64,000 nucleotides of DNA from Callorhinchus milii. Lineage: Eukaryota. Shown here piece by piece: positions 63,238 through 64,000 of the stretch. The stretch lies in the NCBI RefSeq assembly GCF_018977255.1, contig NW_024704742.1, positions 20,772,001 through 20,836,000 on the forward strand, in the 5' to 3' direction. The notes beneath the pieces were generated by a model. The model had not been told where the DNA came from. It searched no databases and saw only the letters and a program-made list of their open reading frames with translations. Numbering within the stretch: the first letter of the stretch is position 1; every line of letters begins with the position of its first letter. The position numbers and the translations under genes are program-made.

Positions 63238-63934
63238 TAGTCAACTGAATAAAGCTCAGATCGAGATTTACAAATTACCACCAAATTGTGAACAGTAACA
63301 AATAATGAAAAACTCAATGTGCACTCAATTGAGGATCCAAACAATCTGAGCCAGAATGACAACTATTTGCATTTATAATGCTATTCACATAAAGTAATGT
63401 ACAAAGGCAAAATCAGACTACATTCAGTCACACAGGGACATAGCATCAAAATAAGAACAAATGAGCATATTAGCAATTTTGTGATTCTGTATGAACAACC
63501 TCTAGGTTCACAGCTTGAAGCACTTTAGCAGCAGGAGGGAGCAAGTGGCATCCACAAGAGCAATACAACCACAAAAGCCTAACCATCCAAAACCTTTCCA
63601 CTCTGTCCTACATTAACAAGCGAAGCTGTGAAATGATCATTCATCAGCAGAGTAGCTCCTTTAGCAACCATTTTAAATCTAGGTGAATCAAATCTTTTTA
63701 AATGTGAAAGCAGCACGGCACCATCTATGTACTGTGTAGGGATTGATGGGGTGGCGGGGGGTTGGCAAGTAATTTTGTTTCTCACAAATATATTAGTGAA
63801 TTGCTAACGGACAGAAGAACCTAGTTATATGCATTTTTTTGCTTCAGGGAAGAGCAATTGAGCTTGAACAGCTGGCAGATCAGTGCTCTTGGAAACCACT
63901 GAATACGCCAATGTACTTTATAGTGTTCGGATCC

Positions 63935-64000
63935 AACAACAACAACAACAATATTACATTTGTATAGCGCCTTTCACGTCGAGAGGATGATCCAAAGACA
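63935..64000 (-). mobile_element. L2 (family B) 3' tail, runs off the window
   Basis: (CAA)n-attacatttgtatagcgcctttcacgtc. Confidence 0.8.

Overview
This is vertebrate, non-coding (intergenic or intronic) DNA. The repeat complement points to a cartilaginous fish (inference): L2 and CR1 LINEs, tRNA-derived SINEs with Deu and CORE-like domains and L2-type 3' tails, and Penelope-like remnants. I found no intact host protein-coding gene, true tRNA/rRNA gene, CRISPR array or prokaryotic system. All long ORFs are decayed LINE endonuclease/RT/ORF1 sequence or antisense shadows of it. Main observations: (1) a full-length, apparently single-ORF L2 (1723-5173) with a 9-bp TSD inside a CR1; (2) a CR1 with zinc-finger/esterase ORF1 and an internal inversion (30225-32722); (3) several nested retroelement insertions, including two L2s that landed inside SINE tRNA heads; (4) a SINE subfamily whose 3' stem-loop matches one L2 family; (5) a Penelope-like fragment with a minimal hammerhead ribozyme motif flanked by a 12-bp direct repeat (61539-61675); (6) a ~270-bp inverted local duplication flanked by an 11-bp direct repeat (48519-49664); (7) an unclassified repeat family with interleaved inverted modules (7232-7687 plus five other copies); (8) a 74-nt hairpin, a candidate non-coding exon and several enhancer-like unique blocks. 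Boundaries were read by eye and old repeats are approximate (tens of bp).
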